Shown here in pieces: positions 29,901-39,859 of a DNA stretch of 64,000 nucleotides. The first letter of the stretch is position 1; every line of letters starts with the position of its first letter. A program made the position numbers and the translations under genes. Under the pieces are notes generated by a model that ran no database searches, had not been told where the DNA came from, and was given only the letters and a program-made list of their open reading frames with translations. The stretch spans positions 14,409-78,408 of IMG/VR virus record IMGVR_UViG_3300020161_000515. One strand, written 5' to 3'. Source of the DNA: a virus (lineage: Duplodnaviria > Caudoviricetes).

Positions 29901-32900
29901 AGCCTGTCTAGCTGATGGTTCAACCTTGGTATAGGTGACCATTGATTTTTGAAGATCACCAGCTAATTTCAATCCATCTGAATACTTGCTAACACCATCA
30001 GTAAGAACTCTTACAGCTTTGTTAGTCTGTTCAAATTCTCTTGATTGAGCAGTTGCGAACTTAGCGGAATCAATCTCTTTGACTTTCATTCCAAGAGCGT
30101 CATACACCGCTATAACGTTGCCTAATTTATCTTTGACATTATTAAGCGATTCAGTTTTGAAATCTAATGGAACAGGTTTGGCTAAAGTGTTTTTAACAGT
30201 CTCAACAATAGGAGCCTGTTTAGCCATTTCATTCCCAACATTTGTGGCAGCAGCGGCAATACCTTCCACTCCGGCAGCAGCACCTTTGGCAGAATCTTCA
30301 ATAGCTTTTGCTCCAGCGGCAACCTGTTCTCCTGATTTCTTTGCTGCATCTCCTTGTTGCTCAGTAGAAGTTTTAGCTTCGTCAGTCTTGGTTTTAAGCT
30401 CAACCATGCTCTTAGGCACGTTTTTAGCAGATTCTGCAATAGCTCTATTCTTAGCTTCAACGGCATCTAAGGCTGGTTGTAATGCCATAGCTGTTTCAGA
30501 AGCCCTGCCATAATCTAACAATTCTGTAGACTTTCTTACACGATCTATGACTCGTATCTGCTCTTCAATAGCCATAGTGGTAGTACGAATGTTCTTTTTA
30601 AATTCGTCATTACCAGAAGTCCTTCCTAGATTTTTATACATGTCCTCTAGGTCTTTTTTGACTTTCTTCAGAGCTTCTAGATCAAGATCTTTTGCAGCGT
30701 CTTTTACTACATTTGTTTGACCTTCTTTTAATCCTTTTCCAAGCTCTATATCTACCTTTATAGGTATTACTGATAGTATGTCAGTAAAATGTTTTGAGGC
30801 TTCTTTAGCCTTAGCTGCAATATCTTCTTTATTTAGAACAAGATCAAGCCCTTTCATCTCAGTAAAAGTATCTAACTGACCTTGCATCAACTCTTTATAA
30901 GTTTTTACATCATCTAAAGCCTTGGTCAAAGAAGCCTTTTGCTTTTCATTTTTAACTTCTGGCAGTATAAGAGATAACGCATCTTCTAGCTTCTGAAGAT
31001 CTTTTACTTGATCTTCAGCAAGCCTTGATGTTAGTTCCAATTGTTTCTGAGCGTTACCTGAATCCCAAGATGAATCTAAGACATCATTGAACGCACTTGC
31101 AAAATTTGACTGAGCTAGGTTGGCTTCTGCGACAGCTTTCTCAAGATTATTATAATAATCTATAGCAGCCATATTCTCGGTTGCAGATTTTATAGGTGCT
31201 GCATTCTTTACTAGCTCATCTCTCTTTTCAATAACAGCATTAAGTTCTTCTAAAGCCTTTTTATCGTCAAGCAATCCTTTCTGGATACTAACAGTGCCAT
31301 TAGCAATATCCGCAAAACCTCCAGATTTTACTGCTAACTTCTCAAATAACGAAATAAGCTTCTCAATAGCTGCAACCATTTTATCGCTTGTTTCTTGTAT
31401 TATTTGTCCAGTCTTTGCTATCTCCTCCTGAAGTTTTCTTTGTGCCTCCACAAGCATTTGAGTTGCGCCATCTTTAGCAGAATTCCAAATGCTTCGGATT
31501 TCATCAACCTGTTGTTTAACAGAAGTGACTAATCCACTATCACCTGATTTAGCAATGTCAGATTGTTTAGCCTTTAGTAGATCAGCAGCCTCTTCTGCAA
31601 GACTCATTGCCTTGGCATAATGACCAGCTTCTGCTTCTGTTCTAGCCTCAGCAGACTTTTTAGTAGCTTCTACCTTAGCCTGCTCAATGCTATCAAATCC
31701 TCCCATGTCAAAAGGATCTTTAGAAATTGCAGTTGAAAACTTATCCAATGACTTATTGAACGAAACTGCCTTAGCCTCTAGTGAGTTAATAGCGGTAGCT
31801 AAATTCTCGCTTTGAGAAATCATCTGATCCATTGACTCTTTATACACATCTTCAGATTTCTTAAGAGTGGCTATAAATTTGTTATATGAATCTATCTGAG
31901 CTTCAGCAAGACCAGCAGAACCTGTTCCAGTAACACTGGTCTCAGCTAATGCCTTTCTTATTGACTCTTCTTTCCGTAGTGATTCCGTTATTATAGTTTC
32001 ACGTCTTTGATTTTGCTCTATTATCCTATCTGTTACAAAAGCCTCGTAAGTACCAGTTTCATCTGCCTTCAGTTTCTCAGCGGCTATTGTAGCCTTGGTA
32101 GTTCTGGATAATAAATCCAACTTAGTTTTATTTATTTCAGCATCTTTTCTAGCATTAGCATCTAATTGTTTATCTATAGAATCAAAGGCTTTTTTGTAGT
32201 CAGATTCTATTTTTTTAGAAACTTCGCCAGCAGATTTTTCAAGCTCTTTAAATGACTCTTCTAATTTCGCAGTATTGGTTTGCAGTTCTAACGAAACTGC
32301 TATTACTGATTTAATGTCTCCGGTGTCACTAAGAGACTTTTTAAAATCTTTTATTTCTTTCTCAAACTTCTCAGTTAATTGGTTTATCTCTGTTTGACCA
32401 ATTTTTCCTTGGGCTACAAGCCTGTCAATCCAAAGTTTTAAACGTTCTGAAATAGCGTCATCTAACTGGGCGTCCTTAGTGATATACGATAAACTTTCCA
32501 AAGATTGTCTGAACGCAGATACCATCACTTCTGTATTGGCTAATACTTCTTGAGAATCTTGTGCTGAAAACTCTGCTTTCTTTAGCCATCTGTTCTTGTT
32601 TTTATTTAAAGCATCTGCAAGTATTAATGCCTTTGCATCTATCGCTTGAACAAGAGTTTCTATACTTGTCTTTTCTATTTCTTGTCTGCTCTTAGATACG
32701 AACTTTTCCATAGCTAATGGATCAATAATTCCATTTTCCATTAGCTTCAGTCTGGTAGTTTCTTTTAATCCGGCAAATGCAACGTCAATCCCTTCAAGTT
32801 TTATTCCATTCATTTTATAAGTAAATGTTACATCTTTGTTGCCAGTTTTCTCAAAGATGCTTTTTATCTTATCTATTTTTTCTTTAGAAATCGTGTCACC

Positions 32901-35900
32901 TTTTATATCAAGATCAATATTAGATGCACCTCTTTTACTAGCCTCAATCCAGTTTTTTAAAGCCTTTTCAGCATCCTTAATATCGTTTGCATACTTAACC
33001 ATAGATTCAGATTGCTTATCCATGTTAAGAGCAGTTTCTTTAGCACGTTCTACTTGCGTAAAGTATCTGTATAAACCATAAACAGCAGTACCTAGAGCAG
33101 CCAGGGCTATTATTGCAGCGATGTATGGATTAGCCATCATAGACAAGCTTAATGCCATAAATGCTTCTGAAAGCACTCCAAGACTAGCAGTTGCCATTGC
33201 TAATCTTCCTACTAGCACCGCTAGTCCTGTTCCAAATCCAGCAATAGTCTTAGCAATGCCAGTCATTATTGTTGAACCAAGAAGCAGTAGTGCAGATCCG
33301 AAAGAGTTTACCTTTTCTCTTAATACTGAAACACCTGCGGCAGCAGACTTAGACGCTCCAACTGCCAGAGCAGCCTCACCTGTCATAACTTGACCAGCAG
33401 CAATGACTGTCTGAGTTGTTCCTAAAGTCTTAGTAGCTGAGGTAAGCCCGTTCATGACTACTGTAGCTCTAGCAGCAGAGCTACCCAAGACATTCAATGC
33501 AGCGGCATGAGCAAACGTAGAAGCAGCAGAAATTCCAGTGGCGGCAGCCTCAGCATGTAGAAGCACTATGCCAGCGGCTAATGTTTTCATAAAGATATTC
33601 ATAGCCCCAACAAACTGAGCTACTGGAACTATTACTAAGAACCATGCGAAGGTCATTGATCCTAATGCAGCCATAGCAGCAGCAATAGAAGCGGCAACAA
33701 CATCTAGCACTTTAGCAACAGGGCCTAGTGCGCTATGAATATTTGCGAAAGTTTGGACAACTGATGTTCCTACATCTAACAAAAGTTTTAAAGGGCCTTC
33801 TAGATTGGATGAGATTGTGTGCATCAAACTTTGAATTGATCTTGTAAACAATTCAAATTTTCCTTGCAATGTGTTCTGCATTACATCTGCCATTGCAGCA
33901 GTTGTTCCACCAGCAGTATCTAGCCTACCTATAAATTCGTCTAATGCACCAGATCCTTGTCTTAGTAATGCAGCAACACCAGGACCAGCTCTTTGACCAA
34001 ACAACGCTAGAACTTCATCTGATTTTATTCCAGCCTTTTCTAATTGACGTAATACTTCCGCAAAGCCTATAAAGTCACCATTGGCATTTTTAATCTGTAA
34101 TCCTGCACCACCTATTCTGTCGCCAAGATCACTCATCAACTTGGCTTCTTCTTTGGTTGGATTGAATAAATGCTCTAACATTCCGCGTAATGCAGTACCA
34201 GCCATTGTGCCTTGTAGGCCAGCATTAGATAAAACACCAATAGTTCCTACAGTTTCTTGTAACGAAACCCCAAACCCTTTGGATAACGCACCAACGTATG
34301 TAAATGCGTGTCCTATATCTGAAACACTGGCAGTAGATTCGTTAGCGGCTTTTACTAGAACATCTGAAGCTACGGATGTTTCTTTAACAGATAATCCATA
34401 AGTATTCATCATGTGGGTTACAGTGGTGGCAGCCTCACCTACACCGATAGCAGCACCTTGGGCTAATCTAAGTACAGTAGGTAAAGCACCTATAGCATCT
34501 TTAGCTGAAAAACCAGCCCTTGATAATTCTTCTAAACCTTTAGTAGCTTCTACTGGACTAAATCTTGAAAACGCTGTCAAGTTAAGAGTTGTATGAACCA
34601 GTTCTTTCATTGATTCGTTAGAAGCCTCAGTAACACCTTGGACGACACCCATTGCATCACTGAAAGAAGAAAAGTCTTTTACTGCCTTAGCAAAAGGAGC
34701 AAGCATGGCCTGACCCATCATCATGATACCCATTGACCATGTGACAACACCAGATCTTAATCGAACGAATTGATCCTCTAACTCAGTTAGACCCATTTCT
34801 AGGTCTTTGATTGCATTTTTAGAAACTCCTAAATCTTTAGCCAGATTAGTGAAGTAGTTGCTAATCATTTTAGATAACAACGATCCTTCTTCAGTAACAG
34901 CTCTCATGGTGGCTCGTAAGCCAACAAGTTGTTCTATAGCCTTGCTGAAAACAGAAGTAGATTTTAGAATTTCTGAGTTCATCTCAGAAGTGTTACCTAA
35001 TCCTATTCTCTGAGACTGCATTCTTACCTGCATCTCATCAAGTGATTTCAAAATAGTCTTAATGCTTTCTTCTGCATTATTAGCATTAAGCTTAATATTG
35101 TATTCTTTCTCTAGACTGGCAACAAACTCTTTATCTATTTTTAAAAGTTTTTCAAACTGAGTAAAGGCTTCTGAATTAAGTCTGATATTAGTGAAGTATT
35201 CTTGAAGCCTTGTTACTTCTTTTTCTGCAGTAGCTAGATCTTTTAATACTTCTTTTATCTGTAAATTAGAAAACTTTAACTCAAAGTTGGTAGCCTGTTT
35301 AGCATTGAAGATATGTGCATTATTTAATGTTGCCGCTACTTCACCTATTCTAGTCAATTCACTAGATAAGTTCTTTAGCTGTCCTGGCAACTCTTTCATG
35401 GAAGTTTGCATACCACGAAACATCGTGGTCTCATTAACTTTCTTCATTCCATCGGCTAGTGTCTTAGTAACACCACCTAATTCAGAAAGAACAACTTTTA
35501 AAGCATTTGCTCTAGTAGTCTCTGAGACAGTTTCGTCAGTTAAGATTTTTAACTGATTTATAAGCGTTTCTATTCCGGAAACATTAATTCCAAAGGATGA
35601 AAATAAAGATCTGAAATCTTCAAATGATTTGGTAAGAACACTAAGAGTATTTAAAACTTCTGTTCCATTAAGTCTGATATGTAGTGACTCATCAGCCGTA
35701 CCAGAAGCCATCTGTTTTAGGTAATTGAAACTACTAACAACAGTGGAAATTGCTGCAGATATTGAAACTTCAGATTGTTTAGCAGAAGCATTTAATTTGT
35801 TGAATAAGTTTACATTTGTGCCTTCTGCACTTAACTGGGTTAAAGTCTGAACCATCTTGCTCAGATTTGACTCTAATCCTTTAATTGATGATGCAGTAGA

Positions 35901-38900
35901 AGATACTTGAGCAGACCATCCACCAATGCTAGGAAGCAATGTTAGTTTAGATGCTTCTGCTAAGGCTTCTTCTGACCTAACAACTGCATCTATAGCAGCC
36001 TTTACAGCCTTCAGATCATCATCAGCCTTTCTAATATCAAGATTCTGGAACGCATTCTTTATATCTCCAAATCCTGTAAAGGTTGCATTATTTCCAGTTA
36101 ATTTTTTATACAAAATAGCTATCTGGTTAGCACCATTTGAAATAACATCTTTGATAGCATTTACTTCTTTTTCAACACTATTTTTTGTAGTGACCAGGCT
36201 TTGTGGTAAGAACTCTAATCCTGATTTAGCAGTAATCTTGCCGGAAGAAAGTTTATCAGTATTGGCTATTAAATCTTTAATAGTCTTTGAAACAGACTCC
36301 ATTGACGCAACAACGGATTTGTTTGCAGATATTTCTTGCGCTTCGGCATCAGTAAAAGCTTTCTTCTTTTCAGCGGCCTTGGTGTAGGCATCAACATTTG
36401 CACTTACTTCTGTAGTAAGAGCAGCCATCTCAGCAACCATCACCTGAACGGTAGATGCTGAACTTGATGGAAGTACCGAAGATTTGCTAAGGTCGTTAAA
36501 ACTATTTGCAAGAGTTGTTGCCTCAGCCTGCAGCCTATTCATTAACCTAAGAACGTTGGAAAACTCAGCTCCATTATTAAGACTATCTACAGCAGGTAAA
36601 GTTGCTAATTGCTCTTTAATGCCTTTAAGTCGTGTAGAATAATTTGATAGTGATTCTTCTGAAACCTTAATATCACGGGTAAATGCGTTTATCGAAGAAA
36701 TGGCAGCTTCAGATCCTTCTTTAAACTGGTTGAGTATTCTCAACATCTCCTGAAACGTCTGTATCTCACCTTGATCTTGAGATACAGACATTTTCATGTT
36801 GATTAATGCAGCAGCCTCAGCTATCTGTCTGGTAAGTTCTTCACGTTTCTTTAATGCAGTAAGAACGTCAGCTTCAGTTTTAAACTCTTCAAGCTCACCT
36901 CTAAGCAATTGCTCATGGTCACTTACTATGTTCTTTATTCTGCCATTAATATTAGCGTAGACTTTATCTTGGTCATCAAGTCCTTTTGTCATTGACTTAA
37001 TGATCTGCTCACCAACTTGGAATAGTTTTATTTGATTGGCAACAGCAGGGTTTTCTGTAGTCTCAGCTTTGTTTGCTCTTATTAAGAATGAAGTGTATTC
37101 GTTTACTTTCTCAAGTAGTGCGTTCCACGAAGTTAATGTTTTTGGATTGACAGAAGGACCTAGTTCAGCCTTCATCATATTGGCTATCGAACTATCTGGC
37201 TTTAATGCGTCTAAGAAAGCCTTCAGTGATTTAGCTTTGGTCTGAGCTTTATCTAGGTTGTCAGTTAGTAAAGATGGGCCACTCTTTGTTCCAAAGTTAG
37301 CCAATACTTTCTGTGCAGTTTCTACCGACGCAGAAAAAGCTCTCACCTTTGCAACAGCAGTAGTGATCTGAGCTTCGTCTATGAATTTTGGAGTTGTTGT
37401 TTGTTTGAACTCTACTGCCTTGGCAGCGTCTCTAGCCATTGTAGCTAGTTGAGATAACATTCCTTTTTCTTTCTCAAGAAGCATTAATACGTTAGTAGCA
37501 GCCTCACCAACTCTAAACTGACTCTCAGCAATAGCATTTGAGAAGCTTGTTATCTGATTAAATGATGCTGCTAAACTACTTATGCTCTCCGCAATTCCAG
37601 CAATATCAATCAGTTTTACAGGTTGACCAGCTTTAGATTTTAATGAGCTGAAGAATGACTCTAAACCAGAAGCAGCGGCAAGACTTTCAAATAGACCAAC
37701 TTGCTCTCTTAGAGCAACATTCTTCGTTGACATTGCAGCAGATAATGCCCATTCTTCTGCCGCTATTGCAGAAAGTTTTTGAGCTATACCAGATACGTTC
37801 CTTGATAATCTGTCAAAATGACCAGCCTGAGTTCCTACAGAGGTATCACTTATAATATCTTCAAGGTTTACATTAATGCCTTTTAGATTTTCTACGACTG
37901 CTTCTTGCATAGCCTTTTTCATGCCAAGAAGTCTGTCTTTGAAAAAGTCTGATCCAGGTAGTGTTATATTTATTCTTGTTTCTTGAACAGCTTTTAATCC
38001 GTCAAAGATAGCCTTTAAATCTGCTACTGAAAGTTTAACCTTTGCAATAGATTCAGTCATTTTGTTGGCATATTCAGTAAAAGGATCTGCTTGTATCTTT
38101 ACACCTAGAATTGCCTGAATATCTTTTTGAAATGGTTTAAAGTTTCTTTCTACCTGTTCTACGGCTGTTTTTAAAGACTCATTAAATCTTCCGTAACCTA
38201 TTCCAGGAAGTTCTACTTTGTTTTCTTTCTTGTTGAAAAATTCATTCAATGCAACCTGAACAGATTGAGCATACGCCTGTATCTGCTCATTACCTTGTTT
38301 AGGTACTTCTACCTTACCTAATCTAAAGTTGATTGGAATAGTTCCAACAGCCAAAAACTCTGAGCGAATGTCATCTAATTTTCTTTCTGCTGCCCTTCTG
38401 GCTTCTTCTAACGAATTGATAAAAGGTCTGAAATCAGCTTCATGTATAGTAAGATTAGAAAACTTTAATAAACCCTCATTATTCCTTTGAAGTTCTGCTG
38501 CTAAACCTAATAATTTACTGAAAGCCTGTGTTACAGAAGTGGCAGTTCCTCTAAATTTTTTAAGATCAGTCTCAGACTTGGTCATGGCGGTCATGTTCTC
38601 GCCAATCTTCTTAATGCCTGATGCTACTGTGCCAAGACTTCCACCCACTGAAGCATCACGCAATCTGCCTACGGCAGTCGCAAGATCTCCAACACTGGAT
38701 ATAGTGCCTTTATTAATCTTTATATTGTTTAGAGGTTCTTTGAGATTAGTCGTCGAAGTGTTTACATCTCTTACAAGCTTGTCCATTGCACCTTTAAAGG
38801 TCTGCAACGGAGCAAATGACTCTGTGATTATGGCGGGGATTTCTTTAAAACTGTTTCCAACAGATTTAGTTACGTCTTTGGCCTCAGATGATAACCTAGT

Positions 38901-39017
38901 AAATCCATCTATTGATTCTTTTACACTCGCAAGCAGGGTAGTTAAGCTCTCAGCGGCAGCTTGGGTGTCTGCCAGAACTTTTACGTCTAATACGCCTAAG
39001 ATATTATTATCAGCCAT
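26907..39017 (-). CDS. Tail tape measure protein (~4036 aa)
   Basis: TP901-family core (FSDAMGVVQGVT...FSPVEATKGLEELSRAG...SNAGLQGTMAGTALRGML), long amphipathic helices, and C-terminal HFATGG...VPAMLEAGEFIMRKTAV. The ATG at 39017 with a GGTGA RBS is preferred over the GTG at 39026. Confidence 0.95.
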   Translation of the reverse strand: MADNNILGVLDVKVLADTQAAAESLTTLLASVKESIDGFTRLSSEAKDVTKSVGNSFKEIPAIITESFAPLQTFKGAMDKLVRDVNTSTTNLKEPLNNIKINKGTISSVGDLATAVGRLRDASVGGSLGTVASGIKKIGENMTAMTKSETDLKKFRGTATSVTQAFSKLLGLAAELQRNNEGLLKFSNLTIHEADFRPFINSLEEARRAAERKLDDIRSEFLAVGTIPINFRLGKVEVPKQGNEQIQAYAQSVQVALNEFFNKKENKVELPGIGYGRFNESLKTAVEQVERNFKPFQKDIQAILGVKIQADPFTEYANKMTESIAKVKLSVADLKAIFDGLKAVQETRINITLPGSDFFKDRLLGMKKAMQEAVVENLKGINVNLEDIISDTSVGTQAGHFDRLSRNVSGIAQKLSAIAAEEWALSAAMSTKNVALREQVGLFESLAAASGLESFFSSLKSKAGQPVKLIDIAGIAESISSLAASFNQITSFSNAIAESQFRVGEAATNVLMLLEKEKGMLSQLATMARDAAKAVEFKQTTTPKFIDEAQITTAVAKVRAFSASVETAQKVLANFGTKSGPSLLTDNLDKAQTKAKSLKAFLDALKPDSSIANMMKAELGPSVNPKTLTSWNALLEKVNEYTSFLIRANKAETTENPAVANQIKLFQVGEQIIKSMTKGLDDQDKVYANINGRIKNIVSDHEQLLRGELEEFKTEADVLTALKKREELTRQIAEAAALINMKMSVSQDQGEIQTFQEMLRILNQFKEGSEAAISSINAFTRDIKVSEESLSNYSTRLKGIKEQLATLPAVDSLNNGAEFSNVLRLMNRLQAEATTLANSFNDLSKSSVLPSSSASTVQVMVAEMAALTTEVSANVDAYTKAAEKKKAFTDAEAQEISANKSVVASMESVSKTIKDLIANTDKLSSGKITAKSGLEFLPQSLVTTKNSVEKEVNAIKDVISNGANQIAILYKKLTGNNATFTGFGDIKNAFQNLDIRKADDDLKAVKAAIDAVVRSEEALAEASKLTLLPSIGGWSAQVSSTASSIKGLESNLSKMVQTLTQLSAEGTNVNLFNKLNASAKQSEVSISAAISTVVSSFNYLKQMASGTADESLHIRLNGTEVLNTLSVLTKSFEDFRSLFSSFGINVSGIETLINQLKILTDETVSETTRANALKVVLSELGGVTKTLADGMKKVNETTMFRGMQTSMKELPGQLKNLSSELTRIGEVAATLNNAHIFNAKQATNFELKFSNLQIKEVLKDLATAEKEVTRLQEYFTNIRLNSEAFTQFEKLLKIDKEFVASLEKEYNIKLNANNAEESIKTILKSLDEMQVRMQSQRIGLGNTSEMNSEILKSTSVFSKAIEQLVGLRATMRAVTEEGSLLSKMISNYFTNLAKDLGVSKNAIKDLEMGLTELEDQFVRLRSGVVTWSMGIMMMGQAMLAPFAKAVKDFSSFSDAMGVVQGVTEASNESMKELVHTTLNLTAFSRFSPVEATKGLEELSRAGFSAKDAIGALPTVLRLAQGAAIGVGEAATTVTHMMNTYGLSVKETSVASDVLVKAANESTASVSDIGHAFTYVGALSKGFGVSLQETVGTIGVLSNAGLQGTMAGTALRGMLEHLFNPTKEEAKLMSDLGDRIGGAGLQIKNANGDFIGFAEVLRQLEKAGIKSDEVLALFGQRAGPGVAALLRQGSGALDEFIGRLDTAGGTTAAMADVMQNTLQGKFELFTRSIQSLMHTISSNLEGPLKLLLDVGTSVVQTFANIHSALGPVAKVLDVVAASIAAAMAALGSMTFAWFLVIVPVAQFVGAMNIFMKTLAAGIVLLHAEAAATGISAASTFAHAAALNVLGSSAARATVVMNGLTSATKTLGTTQTVIAAGQVMTGEAALAVGASKSAAAGVSVLREKVNSFGSALLLLGSTIMTGIAKTIAGFGTGLAVLVGRLAMATASLGVLSEAFMALSLSMMANPYIAAIIALAALGTAVYGLYRYFTQVERAKETALNMDKQSESMVKYANDIKDAEKALKNWIEASKRGASNIDLDIKGDTISKEKIDKIKSIFEKTGNKDVTFTYKMNGIKLEGIDVAFAGLKETTRLKLMENGIIDPLAMEKFVSKSRQEIEKTSIETLVQAIDAKALILADALNKNKNRWLKKAEFSAQDSQEVLANTEVMVSAFRQSLESLSYITKDAQLDDAISERLKLWIDRLVAQGKIGQTEINQLTEKFEKEIKDFKKSLSDTGDIKSVIAVSLELQTNTAKLEESFKELEKSAGEVSKKIESDYKKAFDSIDKQLDANARKDAEINKTKLDLLSRTTKATIAAEKLKADETGTYEAFVTDRIIEQNQRRETIITESLRKEESIRKALAETSVTGTGSAGLAEAQIDSYNKFIATLKKSEDVYKESMDQMISQSENLATAINSLEAKAVSFNKSLDKFSTAISKDPFDMGGFDSIEQAKVEATKKSAEARTEAEAGHYAKAMSLAEEAADLLKAKQSDIAKSGDSGLVTSVKQQVDEIRSIWNSAKDGATQMLVEAQRKLQEEIAKTGQIIQETSDKMVAAIEKLISLFEKLAVKSGGFADIANGTVSIQKGLLDDKKALEELNAVIEKRDELVKNAAPIKSATENMAAIDYYNNLEKAVAEANLAQSNFASAFNDVLDSSWDSGNAQKQLELTSRLAEDQVKDLQKLEDALSLILPEVKNEKQKASLTKALDDVKTYKELMQGQLDTFTEMKGLDLVLNKEDIAAKAKEASKHFTDILSVIPIKVDIELGKGLKEGQTNVVKDAAKDLDLEALKKVKKDLEDMYKNLGRTSGNDEFKKNIRTTTMAIEEQIRVIDRVRKSTELLDYGRASETAMALQPALDAVEAKNRAIAESAKNVPKSMVELKTKTDEAKTSTEQQGDAAKKSGEQVAAGAKAIEDSAKGAAAGVEGIAAAATNVGNEMAKQAPIVETVKNTLAKPVPLDFKTESLNNVKDKLGNVIAVYDALGMKVKEIDSAKFATAQSREFEQTNKAVRVLTDGVSKYSDGLKLAGDLQKSMVTYTKVEPSARQAFSIDTTKLKEAMVDTRAFDNALQALTRYDKLNIGVISNFSEAEKQLQDVSNAVADLDKVQTALAADFSSGAIDIKEFTKVNEVIDIMKGKLQESFDYTKNRAISLSVTTDGIEQGSQRLKDMNELILKTQTDLLNKPIVVAPKVEIPKVEVPKAEIPPVVITPKIEMPKVEIPKAEVPPVVITPTVEIPKVELPPIEPPVIQPVSPDSLVQALQPVAEKFKEFTGLMKAEPFIPKVDTAPALQSFLNFTTTLNKNILDVPKFPKLVDATTLSGFAKMSEDVKFAEGVLKEFTGISIQGIQEQGNSWRNLEKELFKVDAAYYDVLKVHSMLDALKISGGLKDGEYEKLTAYNELLKNGIVKSLAEIDVKTGEVFKIPDSMFQDTFQSFDYSMEHTSKQVDKLVAKLAQPADFNFLPDSNITGGIEKLKELTLAVEKTAGTIKIEPQVDINPNLQKFLEFASTIKQQVDTIPKVPPLVDATTLDGFTKLSSNATFAKNVLMGFTGISIGEIADVSDLDSLKNQLGLIDNAMRNLRVSQATLESGKITGVVSPEAYSKLSAYNDLVKNGLSQSLDAVKVKAIEFLGKASTVPDSGIKDYQQNLMDVGNQLVELTNKINTPVNAEIIPKAAIDRGMSNLEELTEVVTNVASTIKIEPTVDVNKASEELKQLPDQVNADDKFKINLPVGTIGLPGTRDELDQLKTKVTEVSQAFTDVSEKGIKINADTAPAEQKLSALKESWVTQAVDGFNMPVSFPGSEEIMTKLSTINTKLQATKENGIFITDNASPELEKVAQKLSELTAANAKIPIEVQDKATSVLDRIKSAINDIRGKVVDIVTRYTSSGAPGHHFGGVIEPMQVAHFATGGDVFTKPNYSVVPGAGDGDKVPAMLEAGEFIMRKTAVNKFGINFMDALNNGVLQFKQSGGVISGIRSSVTSSLNYDPRAIAHYSSGGYVQTSKPASNDSHDVVEVHLKVGDNPNPFSMKSDRDTAHELLKVLKNVR
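29295..29493 (-). repeat. Pro/Lys/Glu-rich pentapeptide repeats inside the tape measure gene
   Basis: PKVEI PKVEV PKAEI PPVVIT PKIEM PKVEI PKAEV PPVVIT PTVEI PKVEL PPIEPP. Confidence 0.85.
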
Positions 39018-39058
39018 CTCATTCACCAGTATAGGAATTCTCTAGTGAATAATAGCAT

Positions 39059-39094
39059 AAAAAAACCTCCAGCAGCAAAAGCCACTAAAGGTTT
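39059..39094 (-). terminator. Intrinsic terminator between the chaperone and tape measure genes
   Basis: Minus strand AAACCUUUAGUGGC-UUUU-GCUGCUGGAGGUUU followed by a U-run; the stem closes only with G.U pairs on this strand. Confidence 0.7.
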
Positions 39095-39097
39095 AGT

Positions 39098-39846
39098 TTA
39101 AACTCTAGAAAAAGCGGCAGCTAAACGCATCCATTCTTTCTTGTTAGCATCTGGATCTTCTTGTTTCGGTATCTTACTTTCTCGCTTCTTAACAAGACCT
39201 TTTATGTAATCACCCGAACCATTCGTACCCATCCAAGAATTTATTATGAACGAATCGTTTTCTTCCTCTTCTATCCTTATACACTCTCTGACAAAAACTC
39301 CAACTTCAGACAGTGTATAAGTTCTTATATCTTTCCAGCTATGGTTATGTTCAATTAAAAATTGAATTAACTTACCAATGGAATCCTGGTCTGAGGGGAC
39401 GTTACTTTTGTTCCCATGAACTGGGATATCCGATCCCCCAGACCGTTGAAGTTTTTTATTAATGAATCTTGAGACTCAATATTCACATCAAGGCAGAAGT
39501 TAAATAAGTCAAGAGCTTTATCTAACGGCAATGATTTAATATCTTCAACGTCAAGTCCTGACATGTCTGAAAGTATATCTGGACTTTCTTGCATAATGAT
39601 TCGCAGCAACGCCAGGATGGTCAATGAAGTCTGAGTGGCTTCATCTGCACCTTCAACCGGAGCAGGAATGTTGTCTTGAATTTTATCTGAAATGAGCGAA
39701 AGCTTGTCAAGTATTGACGCTAATTCCTCAATACTCAATGGAGTAATTTCAACTTCTGTTGCTCCAATTGTGTATTTTTTGTTAGGAAAAAGAGCAGCCC
39801 AGTCAGAGTCTTGAAGTCTTACTTTTTGTTTAGTTTGCCTTGCCAT
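39098..39846 (-). CDS. Tail assembly chaperone, -1 frameshifted long form (gpGT-like, ~249 aa)
   Basis: After A-AAA-AAC at 39457-39451 the -1 frame stays open to the TAA at 39098 and encodes LIQFLIEHNHSWKDIRTYTLSEVGVF...EWMRLAAAFSRV, typical of gpT-like segments. This frame is not in the ORF track. Confidence 0.85.
39367..39846 (-). CDS. Tail assembly chaperone (gpG-like, 159 aa)
   Basis: Directly upstream of the tape measure gene; GATEVEITPLSIEEL...LPLDKALDLFNFCLDVN; carries the slippery site near its 3' end. Confidence 0.85.
   Translation of the reverse strand: MARQTKQKVRLQDSDWAALFPNKKYTIGATEVEITPLSIEELASILDKLSLISDKIQDNIPAPVEGADEATQTSLTILALLRIIMQESPDILSDMSGLDVEDIKSLPLDKALDLFNFCLDVNIESQDSLIKNFNGLGDRISQFMGTKVTSPQTRIPLVS
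39451..39457 (-). promoter_or_regulatory. Programmed -1 ribosomal frameshift heptamer A AAA AAC
   Basis: In-phase X XXY YYZ heptamer (ATA AAA AAC = I-K-N) in the chaperone gene. Confidence 0.8.
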
Positions 39847-39859
39847 ACGTCACCGTAAA

